A stretch of 64,000 bases of DNA from Acidobacteriota bacterium (GTDB lineage: Bacteria > Acidobacteriota > UBA6911). The position numbers and the translations under genes are program-made. Location: NCBI GenBank assembly GCA_963664705.1, contig OY761556.1, positions 3,936,001 to 4,000,000 on the forward strand, given 5' to 3'. How positions within the stretch are numbered: position 1 is the stretch's first letter; each line of letters starts with the position of its first letter. The notes under the pieces were generated by a model. The model had not been told where the DNA came from and did not search any database. It worked only from the letters and a program-made list of their open reading frames with translations. Shown piece by piece: positions 38,802 to 49,118 of the stretch.

Positions 38802-40271
38802 CTATTCGGCGGAAGCGGGCTCGGTGTGGATTACCACACGACCGAGTTCAGGAAATTCCCGGCGAAGCCGGTTTTCAACCTCTTCCGCAATCTCATGAAC
38901 TTCGGCAATCGAAGCACGCGCATTCACCAGCAGATGAAATGCCAGGTAAATTCTGGCGTCGACTCTATGCAACTGAATATCGTGACAGCCGCAGCTTTGG
39001 GAAAATTCCGCACTGACGGCTTGCACGCGCACGGTGTAGATTTGCGCCTCATCCTCGCTTAGAGGGGATCCCACGCCAGCCTCTTCGGAGCGAGGCTCTA
39101 TATGTGCACATATTTCAGCGATAGGCGCCGACTCGCTTATCCGGGCCAACTCCACGCGGATCCGCGCTTCGAGATTGGATGCCTGCTCATGTGCCTGCTC
39201 GAAACTGACATCGGGATCAACCTCGACATCAAGGTCAATCCATATCCCCCGCTCGGTCCAGTGGGTCGTCACATTGTGGACGGAAACATGTTCGCTGGAG
39301 GCGACGGCATGGATCCTTTCCAGGATGCCCTCGCTTTCCGTGGTCGGTTCAGTATGGATCACCACATCCGCTTCGGGAGAAATCGTTCGCACCACGAACT
39401 GAGCCTTTTCCGTCAATTCGTGGCTTTCCTCGAAAGACAGGTAACTGGGAACCTCCATGGCCATGTCCACAAAAACATGATTGCCGACATCGCGGACTCG
39501 TATGCGCGCCACGCGCTGGACGCCCGGGATCTCCTGCACTGACCGGGAAATTTGCGCCGCCAGACCCTGCGGGGCACGATCCAGCAAGGCATCTACCGCT
39601 CGCCTCCCGAGCTTATAGCTGACCCAAATGACAATTGCAGAAACAACTAGCGCGGCAATAGCATCCGCACGCTCAAATAAAGATTTGTCTCCGCCGCGAT
39701 ACTCCCCGATTCTGACCAGGATCAGTCCGCAGATTACAACTACCGAACTCCAGATATCCGTACTGAAATGAAGAGCGTCGGCCTCCAGCGCTTGGCTGCG
39801 GTATTTCTTGGCTACTCGAGCCAGCGCTCGTGACCTGGAAAAATCGATCACAATCGACATACCCATGATCAGGAAAGCCCAGAAACTCGGATCAACATCG
39901 ATGGTGACGAAGAAGAGACGCTTCACCGCCTCATAGATAATCCAGACACATGTAAGGAGAAGAAGAAGTGTCTCCGCAAGAGCGCTGAGGTTTTCGATCT
40001 TTCCGTGTCCGTACAGGTGACTCTCGTCTGCCGGTTTGTCGCTGACGCGAACGGCAAAGAGCGTGATCACAGCGGCAACCAAATCGAGTGCGGAATGCGC
40101 CGCTTCCGCCAATATCCCAAGGCTGCCCGTCAAAATCCCAATGAAGAGTTTGGTTGCAGTCAGAAATATCGCCGCGACCACCGACGTCGCCGCAACTACC
40201 TTCTTCTCGGAACTCTGGGACCGGGCCGAGGAAAATTCATTTTTTTTAGACCGATCATCGAAAAAGGCCAC
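38802..40271 (-). CDS. Cation diffusion facilitator with three C-terminal dimerisation domains
   Basis: AEAAHSALD, HLYGHGKIE, ADALHFSTD; three modules ending in HxEP. Confidence 0.9.
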   Translation of the reverse strand: MAFFDDRSKKNEFSSARSQSSEKKVVAATSVVAAIFLTATKLFIGILTGSLGILAEAAHSALDLVAAVITLFAVRVSDKPADESHLYGHGKIENLSALAETLLLLLTCVWIIYEAVKRLFFVTIDVDPSFWAFLIMGMSIVIDFSRSRALARVAKKYRSQALEADALHFSTDIWSSVVVICGLILVRIGEYRGGDKSLFERADAIAALVVSAIVIWVSYKLGRRAVDALLDRAPQGLAAQISRSVQEIPGVQRVARIRVRDVGNHVFVDMAMEVPSYLSFEESHELTEKAQFVVRTISPEADVVIHTEPTTESEGILERIHAVASSEHVSVHNVTTHWTERGIWIDLDVEVDPDVSFEQAHEQASNLEARIRVELARISESAPIAEICAHIEPRSEEAGVGSPLSEDEAQIYTVRVQAVSAEFSQSCGCHDIQLHRVDARIYLAFHLLVNARASIAEVHEIAEEVENRLRREFPELGRVVIHTEPASAE

Positions 40272-40414
40272 AAAAAAACCCCTAAAGAATGGATTTTTTG
40301 TCCCAACTATCAGATCTGCACTTTAGGCTCTGGCAGATCTCGCATGCACATGCCTAAAGCCTGAAATCGAGCCCAGTAGAAAACAATAATAAATAATTTC
40401 GGACCGACCCCGAT

Positions 40415-40678
40415 TTAGTCGACGAGGCGGAGGTTTGCCGGATGGCGTCGATGCTCAGCCAGAATTCGCCGCGCCTCCGGAGCAAGTGAGGCTGGGACAA
40501 AAAGTCGAATCTGTCCACCCTCCTCATCGCCAACGGGATAAAGACGATTCGGCAATTCCGAAGAATAGTGACAGGGTATGGAATAGCTCTGGAGCAGACT
40601 CTTGATTACGGACGCTTCACTATCGGTCCAAGCCCTTGCCACAATAACCGGTTCCGCCTTATCCATGAACTCCTGCAT
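40415..40678 (-). CDS. DUF2007-like putative signal-transducing protein
   Basis: EASVIKSLLQSYSIP...IRLFVP...EARRIL pattern. Confidence 0.7.
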   Translation of the reverse strand: MQEFMDKAEPVIVARAWTDSEASVIKSLLQSYSIPCHYSSELPNRLYPVGDEEGGQIRLFVPASLAPEARRILAEHRRHPANLRLVD

Positions 40679-40711
40679 CTTCCCGTCCCCCGCTTTGGTA
40701 TTGGACGGCCG

Positions 40712-41569
40712 CTATCTTTGTATTTTAACCGCCGGCTCTTTTCGCTTAAAAGCCTGGAATTCGTAGGTGGCTCCGACGACGACGCCCGATTTGGGGTCAT
40801 ATTTCATCAGGCCCGCAACCGCACCCAGATCCCAGCGAATCTTGCCTGTCCAAAACTGGACTCCTGCGCGCGCCTGGGACAGGTTCTCATTACCGAGTCT
40901 TCTTGGCGGCCCCTGGCGCCCATTGACCTCGGCAACCAGGTTGACGCCCTTCAATATGGGAATGATCGTTGCCACGCCATAGGTAAGAGGATCCGTCTGT
41001 CGGTCTTCAAGAACCGGGTTGCCCAGAATTGCAAAACCAAGGTCTCCCAGAATCTGGCACCGGCCAACATTTTTTTTAAACAGGAAGCTCGCGTAAAACT
41101 CCGTTTCGTCCGTACCCAGGCCGCTGTCATGTTTGGCGTTGGGAAGCTCCACGGCAAACTTGAACGCCAGTGCCGGACGAAATTTTTTTTCGCCCGCAAG
41201 CTTCAGCTTGGTTGCGAGAATCAAATCTCCAAAATCACTCGTGGAATTCCCGGAAAATTTTGGCGGATAGGCAGGTTGCGCCGTTCTATTGGAAACAGAA
41301 AGCATATCCCGCGCCACGCCCGAGATCTTGAACTCCGCATAATCCCCAACCCCTACCTGCACGCTGGCAACGCCCAGGCGAGTCAAATCCCCTTCAAGGC
41401 CGGACAAAGTGTAATGCTGCCCCTGCAGGAATTCCGCGCCGAATTCAGCCCGAACGCGGCCGGTTTCAAGGAGTTCAGCATCATCCGTTCTGAGCGGACG
41501 CTGTTGCCCGGAGGCACTCCATGGGATCGATACCAACAACACCGCCAATATCCACCGTACTTGAAACAC
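40712..41569 (-). CDS. Putative outer-membrane beta-barrel protein
   Basis: GTG start with AGGAGG; signal peptide; RPLRTDDA N terminus; amphipathic strands ending GATYEF. Confidence 0.65.
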   Translation of the reverse strand: MFQVRWILAVLLVSIPWSASGQQRPLRTDDAELLETGRVRAEFGAEFLQGQHYTLSGLEGDLTRLGVASVQVGVGDYAEFKISGVARDMLSVSNRTAQPAYPPKFSGNSTSDFGDLILATKLKLAGEKKFRPALAFKFAVELPNAKHDSGLGTDETEFYASFLFKKNVGRCQILGDLGFAILGNPVLEDRQTDPLTYGVATIIPILKGVNLVAEVNGRQGPPRRLGNENLSQARAGVQFWTGKIRWDLGAVAGLMKYDPKSGVVVGATYEFQAFKRKEPAVKIQR

Positions 41570-41655
41570 GCGTCCTCCTTTGGATGGGGAATGCATTATA
41601 AACGGAAAGGCCGGCAGGCAAAATAGTTGAGAATCCCCGGTAGAGTGTCCGGGAA

Positions 41656-42396
41656 TCAGGATCGTCTGCTTAGCAGATTGAGATGATGTTGAATAATTGA
41701 AACCGCCGCGACGGCGGCAGTTTCGGCTCTCAAAATCCACGGACCCAAGCCGGATACAAGATATCCCGCATTGCGAGCCTGCTCGACCTCGGCCGCATCC
41801 CATCCCCCTTCCGGCCCAATGCAGACGACAGTCCGATCCGTTGCCGCATTTTCGGACTGCCAGGGTTCCGGGGCTTTTTCGTAGAACAGGATCCTGGTGG
41901 ACTCCGCAAAATCATCCAATGCCAGGAAATCGGGGAAATTGAGCGGTTTTCGAAGACTCGGCGCGGCAAGGCGATTGCATTGCCTGGACGCCTCCGTCAA
42001 AATTTTTTGCCAGCGCTCCATGCGGGATTCCATTTTATCTTCGGGAATCCGGGCATCACTCCAGCGGGTTCTTAGCGGGATAATTTCGTCTACGCCCAAT
42101 TCGGTGCACTTCTCCAGAATCCACTCAAACCTGGCGGGTTTGATCAGAGCTGCAGCCAGTGTCAGACGAAAGGGAAAACCAGCGGTCTCTATCGGTATCA
42201 GTCCGCCAATCGATACCTCCGTACCGTGGATCTCAACTCGGCCTTCGTACCCCGACCCGGCTCCGTCAAAGATTTCCACGACGTCTCCGGATCGCATTCG
42301 CAATACATCCTTCAGATGATGTGCCTGTGCATGCGGAAGAGTGGTTGAGTTTCCGGAGATTAGTTCCCGCGGGACAAAAAATCGTCTTCGGGTCAT
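41656..42396 (-). CDS. rsmE: 16S rRNA m3U1498 methyltransferase
   Basis: HHLKDVLRM, KCTELGV, IGPEGG and ILRAETA motifs. Confidence 0.95.
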   Translation of the reverse strand: MTRRRFFVPRELISGNSTTLPHAQAHHLKDVLRMRSGDVVEIFDGAGSGYEGRVEIHGTEVSIGGLIPIETAGFPFRLTLAAALIKPARFEWILEKCTELGVDEIIPLRTRWSDARIPEDKMESRMERWQKILTEASRQCNRLAAPSLRKPLNFPDFLALDDFAESTRILFYEKAPEPWQSENAATDRTVVCIGPEGGWDAAEVEQARNAGYLVSGLGPWILRAETAAVAAVSIIQHHLNLLSRRS

Positions 42397-42403
42397 CGGC
42401 GGG

Positions 42404-43513
42404 TTATCCGAAAATGTCCTTCACTTTATCGAAGATGCTCCGTTCCTGCATCAGATCGTCATCTTTGCTGACCTTAGCCAGCTGCTCGAAGGCCTGTCGC
42501 TGCTCTTTGGTCAGTTTTGTGGGCACCACAAGATTAACAGTGACAAACTGATCGCCACGACCTCTTTCGCCGAGACTGACGATCCCCTTATTGCGCAGAC
42601 GGAATACGGAGCCACTCTGAGTACCTTCGGGAATCTTGAGCTTTTCTTCACCTTCCAGAGTAGGAACGGTAATTTCACAACCCAGAACAGCCTGCGCGAT
42701 CCCTATTGGCACCTGACAGTAGATGTTGTTTCCCTGCCGCTGAAAGAACGGATGTTCCTCCACGTAGATGACGACATACAGATCGCCGGATGGTCCATTG
42801 TGGAGACCGGCTTCACCTTCTCCCTGGATGCGGAGCCTGGCGCCGTTATCCACGCCCGCAGGGATGCGTATTTCCAGGACCTTTTCTCTGCGAACTCGAC
42901 CCTTTCCCTGGCATGTCTCGCAAGGCTCATTGATCACACGCCCGGTACCGTTGCACTGGTTACACGTTCTGCTGATCGAAAAAAAGCCCTGCTGATAGCG
43001 AACCTGTCCCGAACCGTGGCATGTAGGGCAGCTGACAGGATTCTTTCCCTTGGGAGTTCCCCTGCCTTCACAGGCGCCGCAGGTGTCCTGACGGGGTATT
43101 TTGATTTTGGTCTTTAGGCCCGATGCCGCTTCGCGGAAGGAAATCTTCAAGTCATACCGGAGATCGGAGCCACGCTCCGGACCACCGCGTCTGCGTCCGC
43201 CAAAGATGTCGCCAAACCCGAAGAATTCGCCAAGAATGTCGCCGAAGTCTCCAAAGGTGTTCGGGTCGAACCCGCCGAAACCACCCTGCAGCCCACTGTG
43301 GCCGTATCGGTCGTACCGGGAACGCTTCTCTGAATCGCTCAGGATGCTATAGGCTTCCGCGGCTTCCTTGAACTTTTCCTCGGCTCCTTTGTCATTCGGA
43401 TTCTTATCCGGATGAAATTTGAGAGCCAACTTACGGTAAGCGCTTTTTATTTCCTGATCCGAAGCATCCTGGGCCACGCCAAGGACTTCGTAATAGTCAC
43501 GTTTATTAGCCAA
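42404..43513 (-). CDS. dnaJ: Chaperone DnaJ
   Basis: J domain with HPD; G/F region; four CxxCxGxG repeats. Confidence 0.97.
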   Translation of the reverse strand: MANKRDYYEVLGVAQDASDQEIKSAYRKLALKFHPDKNPNDKGAEEKFKEAAEAYSILSDSEKRSRYDRYGHSGLQGGFGGFDPNTFGDFGDILGEFFGFGDIFGGRRRGGPERGSDLRYDLKISFREAASGLKTKIKIPRQDTCGACEGRGTPKGKNPVSCPTCHGSGQVRYQQGFFSISRTCNQCNGTGRVINEPCETCQGKGRVRREKVLEIRIPAGVDNGARLRIQGEGEAGLHNGPSGDLYVVIYVEEHPFFQRQGNNIYCQVPIGIAQAVLGCEITVPTLEGEEKLKIPEGTQSGSVFRLRNKGIVSLGERGRGDQFVTVNLVVPTKLTKEQRQAFEQLAKVSKDDDLMQERSIFDKVKDIFG

Positions 43514-43560
43514 TGAAAATCCCCAATATCACCACACCATCACTATCACTATGACGGAAT

Positions 43561-45474
43561 TTAAGATTTCGAAGTCAAGTCGTCCAATGCAGATTTCATG
43601 AGCCTGTCCGCACTAGCGTTCGATTCGTCGCCGGATCCCGGATTTACGGGCCTTAACCCCTCCATTCCGGGGACGCTATACATGGCCGCCGACAATTTGC
43701 CTGCGCCTTCTTCCAATCTCGCCAAAAGCTCTCGCAGGGAGTCCGCATTCACATCCTCGGCCGGCAGACTCTTCGTTCTTTGAATCGCCTCTTTTATCAT
43801 TGCCTGATCGGTGCCGTCAAGCAGCCAGCCAAGATCGGAATAACTTCGGGCGACAGCCGATTCCATGGCCTTGATGCGATTCCTCAATTCGGCGATTTCT
43901 CGCGCTTTCAAATCCTTATCCGCGAACTGCTTAGCTTCCAGAACCATTCTGTCTATTTCTTCTTTACTCAACCCTGTCGACGGAGTGATTCGGATCGCCT
44001 GCTCTTTGCCGGAAAATACATCTTTCGCGGAAACGCTCAGGATTCCATTGGCATCCATGTCAAACGCAACTTCAATTTGCGCCGCGCCTCGAGGTCCGGG
44101 AATGATGCCAACCAGGTTGAACTTTGCCAGAGATCGGTTGAATTGAACCAGTTCCCGTTCTCCCTGCAGGACATGGATCTCAACCACGGTCTGATTGTCC
44201 GCCACCGTGGTAAATATGAGCGTTTTTTTCAGCGGAATGGTTGAGTTGTGTTCAATGACCCGGGTAAAGAGCCCGCCCTGCGTTTCCACGCCCAGAGAAA
44301 GCGGCAGGACGTCCAGCAGCACGATTTCCTTGATTTCTCCCTGGAGGACTCCGCCCTGAAGAGCAGCCCCGGCGGCAACAACTTCATCCGGGTTGACTTC
44401 GAGAGAAGGCTTCATGCCAAAGATCTTTTCAACATGCCTCTGGACTGCGGGAGTACGGGTCTGGCCGCCGACGAGAATAACTTTGTCGATATCCCTGGGA
44501 GACAGCCCCGCGTCCGCCAATGACTTTTCGCAAAATGCCGTCGTTCTTTCAATCAGCGGCCGCACCAGTTGTTCGAAGCAATCGCGGGTCAAAACTTTAT
44601 CGAAATGCCTCGGGCCTTTCGCGTCTGCCGCGATAAAGGGAAGGTTGATCCGTGATTCGCGCTCGCTGGAAAGGTCGCATTTCACGATTTCCGCCGTTTC
44701 CCGTAAACGCTGCCGCGCAAGCACATCCTTACTCAGATCAATGCCGGTTTCAGTTTTGAATTCCGCGATCATCCAATCCATGATGCAGCGATCGAAGTCC
44801 TCACCGCCGAGAAAACTATCGCCGCAGGTGGAAATCACTTCAAAGACACCCTGGTTAATATCGAGAATGGATACATCGAAGGTTCCGCCGCCCAGATCAA
44901 AAATAGCCACCCGCTCGCGGTCTTTTTTCCCCAAACCATAGGCCAGCGCCGCCGCGGTCGGCTCATTGATGATGCGACGTACTTCAAGACCCGCGATGCG
45001 TCCGGCATCCTTTGTCGCCTGTCGCTGGGAGTCGTCAAAATAGGCAGGAACCGTAATGATCGCTTCAGTAACGGGTTCGTTTAAAAAATCCTCTGCCGAG
45101 CCTTTCAGATACTGAAGCAACATCGCCGAAATTTCCGGTGGGCTGTAGTCCCGTCCACGAATCGAGACACGCACATCTCCATTCGCGGCAGCGGCAATGG
45201 CATAGGTCAGGTAGGACCTTATCTTCTGAATTTCCGGCGAGTCAAACTGCCGGCCCATCAGCCGTTTCACGGCATAGATCGTGTTGGCGGCATTGGTAAC
45301 CGCCTGTCTTTTAGCGATCTGCCCGAGAAGCCGGTCTCCCTTTTCAGCAAAAGCGACAATCGATGGAGTCGTCCTGCCTCCGATGTTATTGGGGATAATC
45401 TGGACGGAGGGGCCTTCAAGGACGGCAACACAGGAATTCGTTGTTCCCAGGTCGATGCCTATGATTTTGCTCAT
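43561..45474 (-). CDS. dnaK: Hsp70 chaperone DnaK (divergent)
   Basis: GIDLGTTNS, TVPAYF, DLGGGTFD, NPDEVVA and linker VLLDV. Confidence 0.93.
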   Translation of the reverse strand: MSKIIGIDLGTTNSCVAVLEGPSVQIIPNNIGGRTTPSIVAFAEKGDRLLGQIAKRQAVTNAANTIYAVKRLMGRQFDSPEIQKIRSYLTYAIAAAANGDVRVSIRGRDYSPPEISAMLLQYLKGSAEDFLNEPVTEAIITVPAYFDDSQRQATKDAGRIAGLEVRRIINEPTAAALAYGLGKKDRERVAIFDLGGGTFDVSILDINQGVFEVISTCGDSFLGGEDFDRCIMDWMIAEFKTETGIDLSKDVLARQRLRETAEIVKCDLSSERESRINLPFIAADAKGPRHFDKVLTRDCFEQLVRPLIERTTAFCEKSLADAGLSPRDIDKVILVGGQTRTPAVQRHVEKIFGMKPSLEVNPDEVVAAGAALQGGVLQGEIKEIVLLDVLPLSLGVETQGGLFTRVIEHNSTIPLKKTLIFTTVADNQTVVEIHVLQGERELVQFNRSLAKFNLVGIIPGPRGAAQIEVAFDMDANGILSVSAKDVFSGKEQAIRITPSTGLSKEEIDRMVLEAKQFADKDLKAREIAELRNRIKAMESAVARSYSDLGWLLDGTDQAMIKEAIQRTKSLPAEDVNADSLRELLARLEEGAGKLSAAMYSVPGMEGLRPVNPGSGDESNASADRLMKSALDDLTSKS

Positions 45475-45482
45475 CAGGGTGT

Positions 45483-46088
45483 CTAGTCTTTTCCTTGCGG
45501 TTGAACCGCAACAATGACTTGAGCCGGGCGAAGAAGCTTATCTCTGAACATGTAGCCTTTGCGCAGTTCTCTGACAATCGTGTCTTCTGCTACATCAGAT
45601 GTTTCCTCACGCGACACCGCCTCGTGCATGTGTGGATCAAACGGTTTCCCTTCAGCCTCGACCGCAACAACCCCGGTGCGGTTTAGCGTGTCCAGCAGCT
45701 GTTTATAGAGCAGTTCAACGCCCTGTTTGAATTGCTGCAGGCTGGCAGAATCGGCGGCCACACTATCGGTCAGGCTTTTCAAAGCCCGCTCACAGGCATC
45801 GGCCACCGGGAGAAACTCAAGCAGAACGGAGCTTTTCGCCGATATCATGATATCGGCCTTTTCCTTATCCGCCCTTTTCCTGTAGTTTTCAAACTCCGCA
45901 GCTTTGCGAAGAAATCGATCCTGCCACTCTGCGACTTCATCCTTGGCCGTTTTCAAATCCGCCTGGAGTTGGACCTGCGGGTCCGTCGGAGGGGCCACAG
46001 ATTCGACCGTACTCTCCTCGTTTTCAGATCCATTCACGGGGTTTTCTCCTTCCACGTCGGAAGGATGCTGATACATTCTAAACGTCAT
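45483..46088 (-). CDS. grpE: Nucleotide exchange factor GrpE
   Basis: AEFENYRKR, FDPHMHEA and LLRPAQV motifs. Confidence 0.96.
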   Translation of the reverse strand: MTFRMYQHPSDVEGENPVNGSENEESTVESVAPPTDPQVQLQADLKTAKDEVAEWQDRFLRKAAEFENYRKRADKEKADIMISAKSSVLLEFLPVADACERALKSLTDSVAADSASLQQFKQGVELLYKQLLDTLNRTGVVAVEAEGKPFDPHMHEAVSREETSDVAEDTIVRELRKGYMFRDKLLRPAQVIVAVQPQGKD

Positions 46089-47152
46089 TTCTGATTTCCT
46101 GTCTCGAGCACTCGTCCAAACAACCTCGCAACATAATCCACCAACGAAATGGCTCGAGCGTATTCCATTCGAGTGGGCCCCAGAATCCCCAGAGACCCGT
46201 GGGTTTTCTCATCCACCACATATCTGGAGGTAATCAGGGTGCAATCCTCAATTCCCGCAAGTGCGTTCTCCGCTCCAATGGTAATTCGCACTTCCTGGGT
46301 GTCTCCTTCGATACAGCGTGAAATCAAAGCGGCTAACCGACTCTTCTGCTCAATGGTCTCAAACAGAAGCTTCATCCTGTTAATATCGGAAAATTCAGGG
46401 GTTTTGATTAGATTCGAGGCTCCATCCAGATAAACCTCGGAATCCAGTTCCCCCTCCGACTCGGAAAAGGCCTGAGTGCTGAGGGCAATTACCCTCTGCA
46501 TGAACCTGTCGTATAAAGCTTGCTCTTTCTGAATCATTCCCAGGATTTGTGTCCTGATTTCGGATAGTGTTTTGTCGCGGAAATTTTCGACTATATAGCG
46601 TGCTGCCTGGTCAAGCTCGGTTTGAAGTATGTTTTCTTTATAATAAATGATCCGATTCTGGACGATTCCCGATCGGGAAACCAGGATGACCAGAATCTTG
46701 TTGTCCGCCAACTTTACAAAATGAATATGTTCCAAGGCTACTCGGCTGATCGGAGGAGAGACAACAATTCCGACATTCTTCGATATCCGCGAAAGTACCT
46801 GGCTTGCGCGGGCCATTAAGTGCTCCGCATTGTCATCCAGCCGCAGATCCCGCTCGATCATATTGCGATCCAGCGGCGAAAGGTCTTCTCTTTTCAGCAG
46901 ATAATCGACATAGAACCGATATGCCTTGTCCGTGGGCACGCGTCCCGCGGAGGCATGCGGCTGATGCAGATACCCCCTCTCCTCGAGGTCTGCCATAATA
47001 TTGCGCACGGTGGCCGGGCTCAGTTGCTCTTTGCTCTGCCGGGCAATCCTGCGGGATCCTACCGGTCTTCCGGTGACGACAAAATTGGCAATGACCCAAT
47101 TTAGGATTTCCTGGTTCCGCTCGCTAAATAGAAAATCGCTTGCATCCGGCAT
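46085..47152 (-). CDS. hrcA: Heat-inducible transcription repressor
   Basis: PVGSR, SPATVRNIMADLE, PHASAGRVPTDKAYRFYVD and GPTRMEY motifs. Confidence 0.96.
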   Translation of the reverse strand: MPDASDFLFSERNQEILNWVIANFVVTGRPVGSRRIARQSKEQLSPATVRNIMADLEERGYLHQPHASAGRVPTDKAYRFYVDYLLKREDLSPLDRNMIERDLRLDDNAEHLMARASQVLSRISKNVGIVVSPPISRVALEHIHFVKLADNKILVILVSRSGIVQNRIIYYKENILQTELDQAARYIVENFRDKTLSEIRTQILGMIQKEQALYDRFMQRVIALSTQAFSESEGELDSEVYLDGASNLIKTPEFSDINRMKLLFETIEQKSRLAALISRCIEGDTQEVRITIGAENALAGIEDCTLITSRYVVDEKTHGSLGILGPTRMEYARAISLVDYVARLFGRVLETGNQK

Positions 47153-47221
47153 ACCAATACTTCCTGTCCGCTCGATTCGCGCACACGTTTACACCACGAG
47201 CGTAAATAGCTGTTGGAAAAG

Positions 47222-47249
47222 ATTATAGTATCGATGTCCGCAAAGTCAA
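47222..47249 (-). promoter_or_regulatory. Sigma70-type promoter of the hrcA operon
   Basis: TTGACT-N16-TATAAT. Confidence 0.65.
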
Positions 47250-47359
47250 ACAGGCGGGAAAATCTAGAATTGGGAATGAAAGCAGAATCCAGGAATGGTC
47301 CGCAGGCTCCGGGGATCCGGCATTCATGCCGAATCCCCAAAATCCGATAAGCCAACAGG

Positions 47360-48946
47360 TTAGGGCTTGATAATGCTGGTATAGAAAATCTCGGGCACTA
47401 TATGGTTGCCTTCGTCGCGATTGGCGCGGATCAACTTCAGCACCATGGCGTCGCCGCTCTTCATACCCTTTACCACAGTGTTCAAATCCTGGGCATTGGT
47501 AATCGGCTTCCCATTCAATGCAACGATTACATCCGCCTCTGCAACCAATCCGGCGTCGTCAGCAAGACTTCCTGGTTTCACCGTCTGAATATATGCTCCA
47601 CCGGAGATTTCCATATCACGGGCTAATCTCGGAGGAATGGTGTCGATGACAAGGCCAATCTCATTTTTGGGCTTGTCCTGTTTTTCATCGAAGCTGTACT
47701 TTGTCTGCTCCTGACGCTCGAAAATCCGCTCAGCAACCACAACCTCAAAATCCCTTTCCTGGCCGTGGCGAACTATCTTCACCCTGGCTTTTTGCCCTGG
47801 AGGCGTATTGGCAACAGCCATTCGGAAATCCTGGACACCCTTTATCTTCTTTCCGTCAAATTCAACCACCACATCTTCCGGCTTCAATCCAGCCTTCGCG
47901 GCAGGTCCGGTTTCGGACTGCTCTCCCTTTTCATCCGTCAGCTGTGTGATCAGCACTCCCGCGCCTTGCTTTACGCCGAAGAAACTTGCCATCGCGGGAG
48001 TCAGCGGCATCCGGTTCATCTGCACGCCCACATAGCCTCTGGCTACCCTTCCAGCCTGCAGGATCTGGTTGTAAACGCGAACAAAAAGATGGGAAGGAAC
48101 GGCAAACCCAACGCCGGCGCTTGAGCGTGAAGATGTCGAGATAAAGCTATTGATCCCAATAACCTCAGCGTTCATATTCACCAGGGGACCGCCGCTGTTA
48201 CCGGGATTGATCGAGGCGTCTGTCTGGAGGTAATCATTAAACATCGTGTAATCGCCAGGCCCTTCGCCTTGCTCAAAGGTCCGCCCGATAGCCGAGATAA
48301 TCCCCGCCGTGACTGTCTGATCAAGGCCGAAGGGACTACCAACCGCAATTACCCAGTCTCCCACTTTGGTGCCTTTGGAGTTGCCAATCTTGGCAAACGG
48401 GAAATCGCTTTTCCCACTGATCTTAATCACGGCGATGTCGGAAACCGGATCGGTGCCTATAACTTTGGCAGTATATTCTTCACCGCCCGCTAGGCTGACC
48501 TTTATCCTCGTTGCGCCCTCAACCACATGATTGTTGGTGATGATATATCCTTTTGCATCGACGATGACGCCAGAGCCAAGGCTCTTCCTCATCTGTGGCT
48601 CAAACTGATAAGGTCCAGGCATAAAACGACGGAAAAAGTCGTTCGTCTGGCTATCCTGGTTTGGGCTCGGATTTACAATTTCCTCCGTATTAATGTTGAC
48701 AACACACGGTTCTATCCGGCTGGACGCTTCCTCAAAAGCCTGAGATAGCGCCAGAACTGCGCCTCCAGCAACCGGCTTGCCATCCGATTGCATCTGCAAT
48801 TGACTGTCCCCCGGTCCTGTAGCGTCGACGCGGTAGGAAATCAATGTTCCAATCGTTATGCCCAAACCAAGAACAAACAAAACCATTAAAACACTAAAAA
48901 GCCGCTTTCCACCGTTTCCTGCGCCATCATTCGGCTCGCTGCTCAT
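47360..48946 (-). CDS. degP: Do/DegP (HtrA) serine protease with two PDZ domains
   Basis: TM anchor; TNNHVV, SDIAV and GNSGGPL catalytic motifs. Confidence 0.93.
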   Translation of the reverse strand: MSSEPNDGAGNGGKRLFSVLMVLFVLGLGITIGTLISYRVDATGPGDSQLQMQSDGKPVAGGAVLALSQAFEEASSRIEPCVVNINTEEIVNPSPNQDSQTNDFFRRFMPGPYQFEPQMRKSLGSGVIVDAKGYIITNNHVVEGATRIKVSLAGGEEYTAKVIGTDPVSDIAVIKISGKSDFPFAKIGNSKGTKVGDWVIAVGSPFGLDQTVTAGIISAIGRTFEQGEGPGDYTMFNDYLQTDASINPGNSGGPLVNMNAEVIGINSFISTSSRSSAGVGFAVPSHLFVRVYNQILQAGRVARGYVGVQMNRMPLTPAMASFFGVKQGAGVLITQLTDEKGEQSETGPAAKAGLKPEDVVVEFDGKKIKGVQDFRMAVANTPPGQKARVKIVRHGQERDFEVVVAERIFERQEQTKYSFDEKQDKPKNEIGLVIDTIPPRLARDMEISGGAYIQTVKPGSLADDAGLVAEADVIVALNGKPITNAQDLNTVVKGMKSGDAMVLKLIRANRDEGNHIVPEIFYTSIIKP

Positions 48947-48988
48947 CGCTAAGTCCTCCGTACCAATACATTGTACTCGACTTACATT

Positions 48989-49015
48989 TTACGCAATCTT
49001 CCTTCCTGCGTTTCA
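48989..49015 (-). promoter_or_regulatory. ECF-type promoter of degP
   Basis: TGAAAC-N16-CGTAA, matching the B. subtilis SigW-type consensus. Confidence 0.6.
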
Positions 49016-49118
49016 AGATTTGTCGTTACGGACCCCTCATTGCCCGCCGCGCTACAGAGGCCCGGAATCCCTTGAAACAGTGGGCTTTTAGAACTCATTG
49101 GCCTTAAAATAGCATCCG

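Noticed and set aside
40568-41626. 352-aa plus-strand ORF
   Set aside because: Antisense to a gene with an RBS, signal peptide and operon orientation
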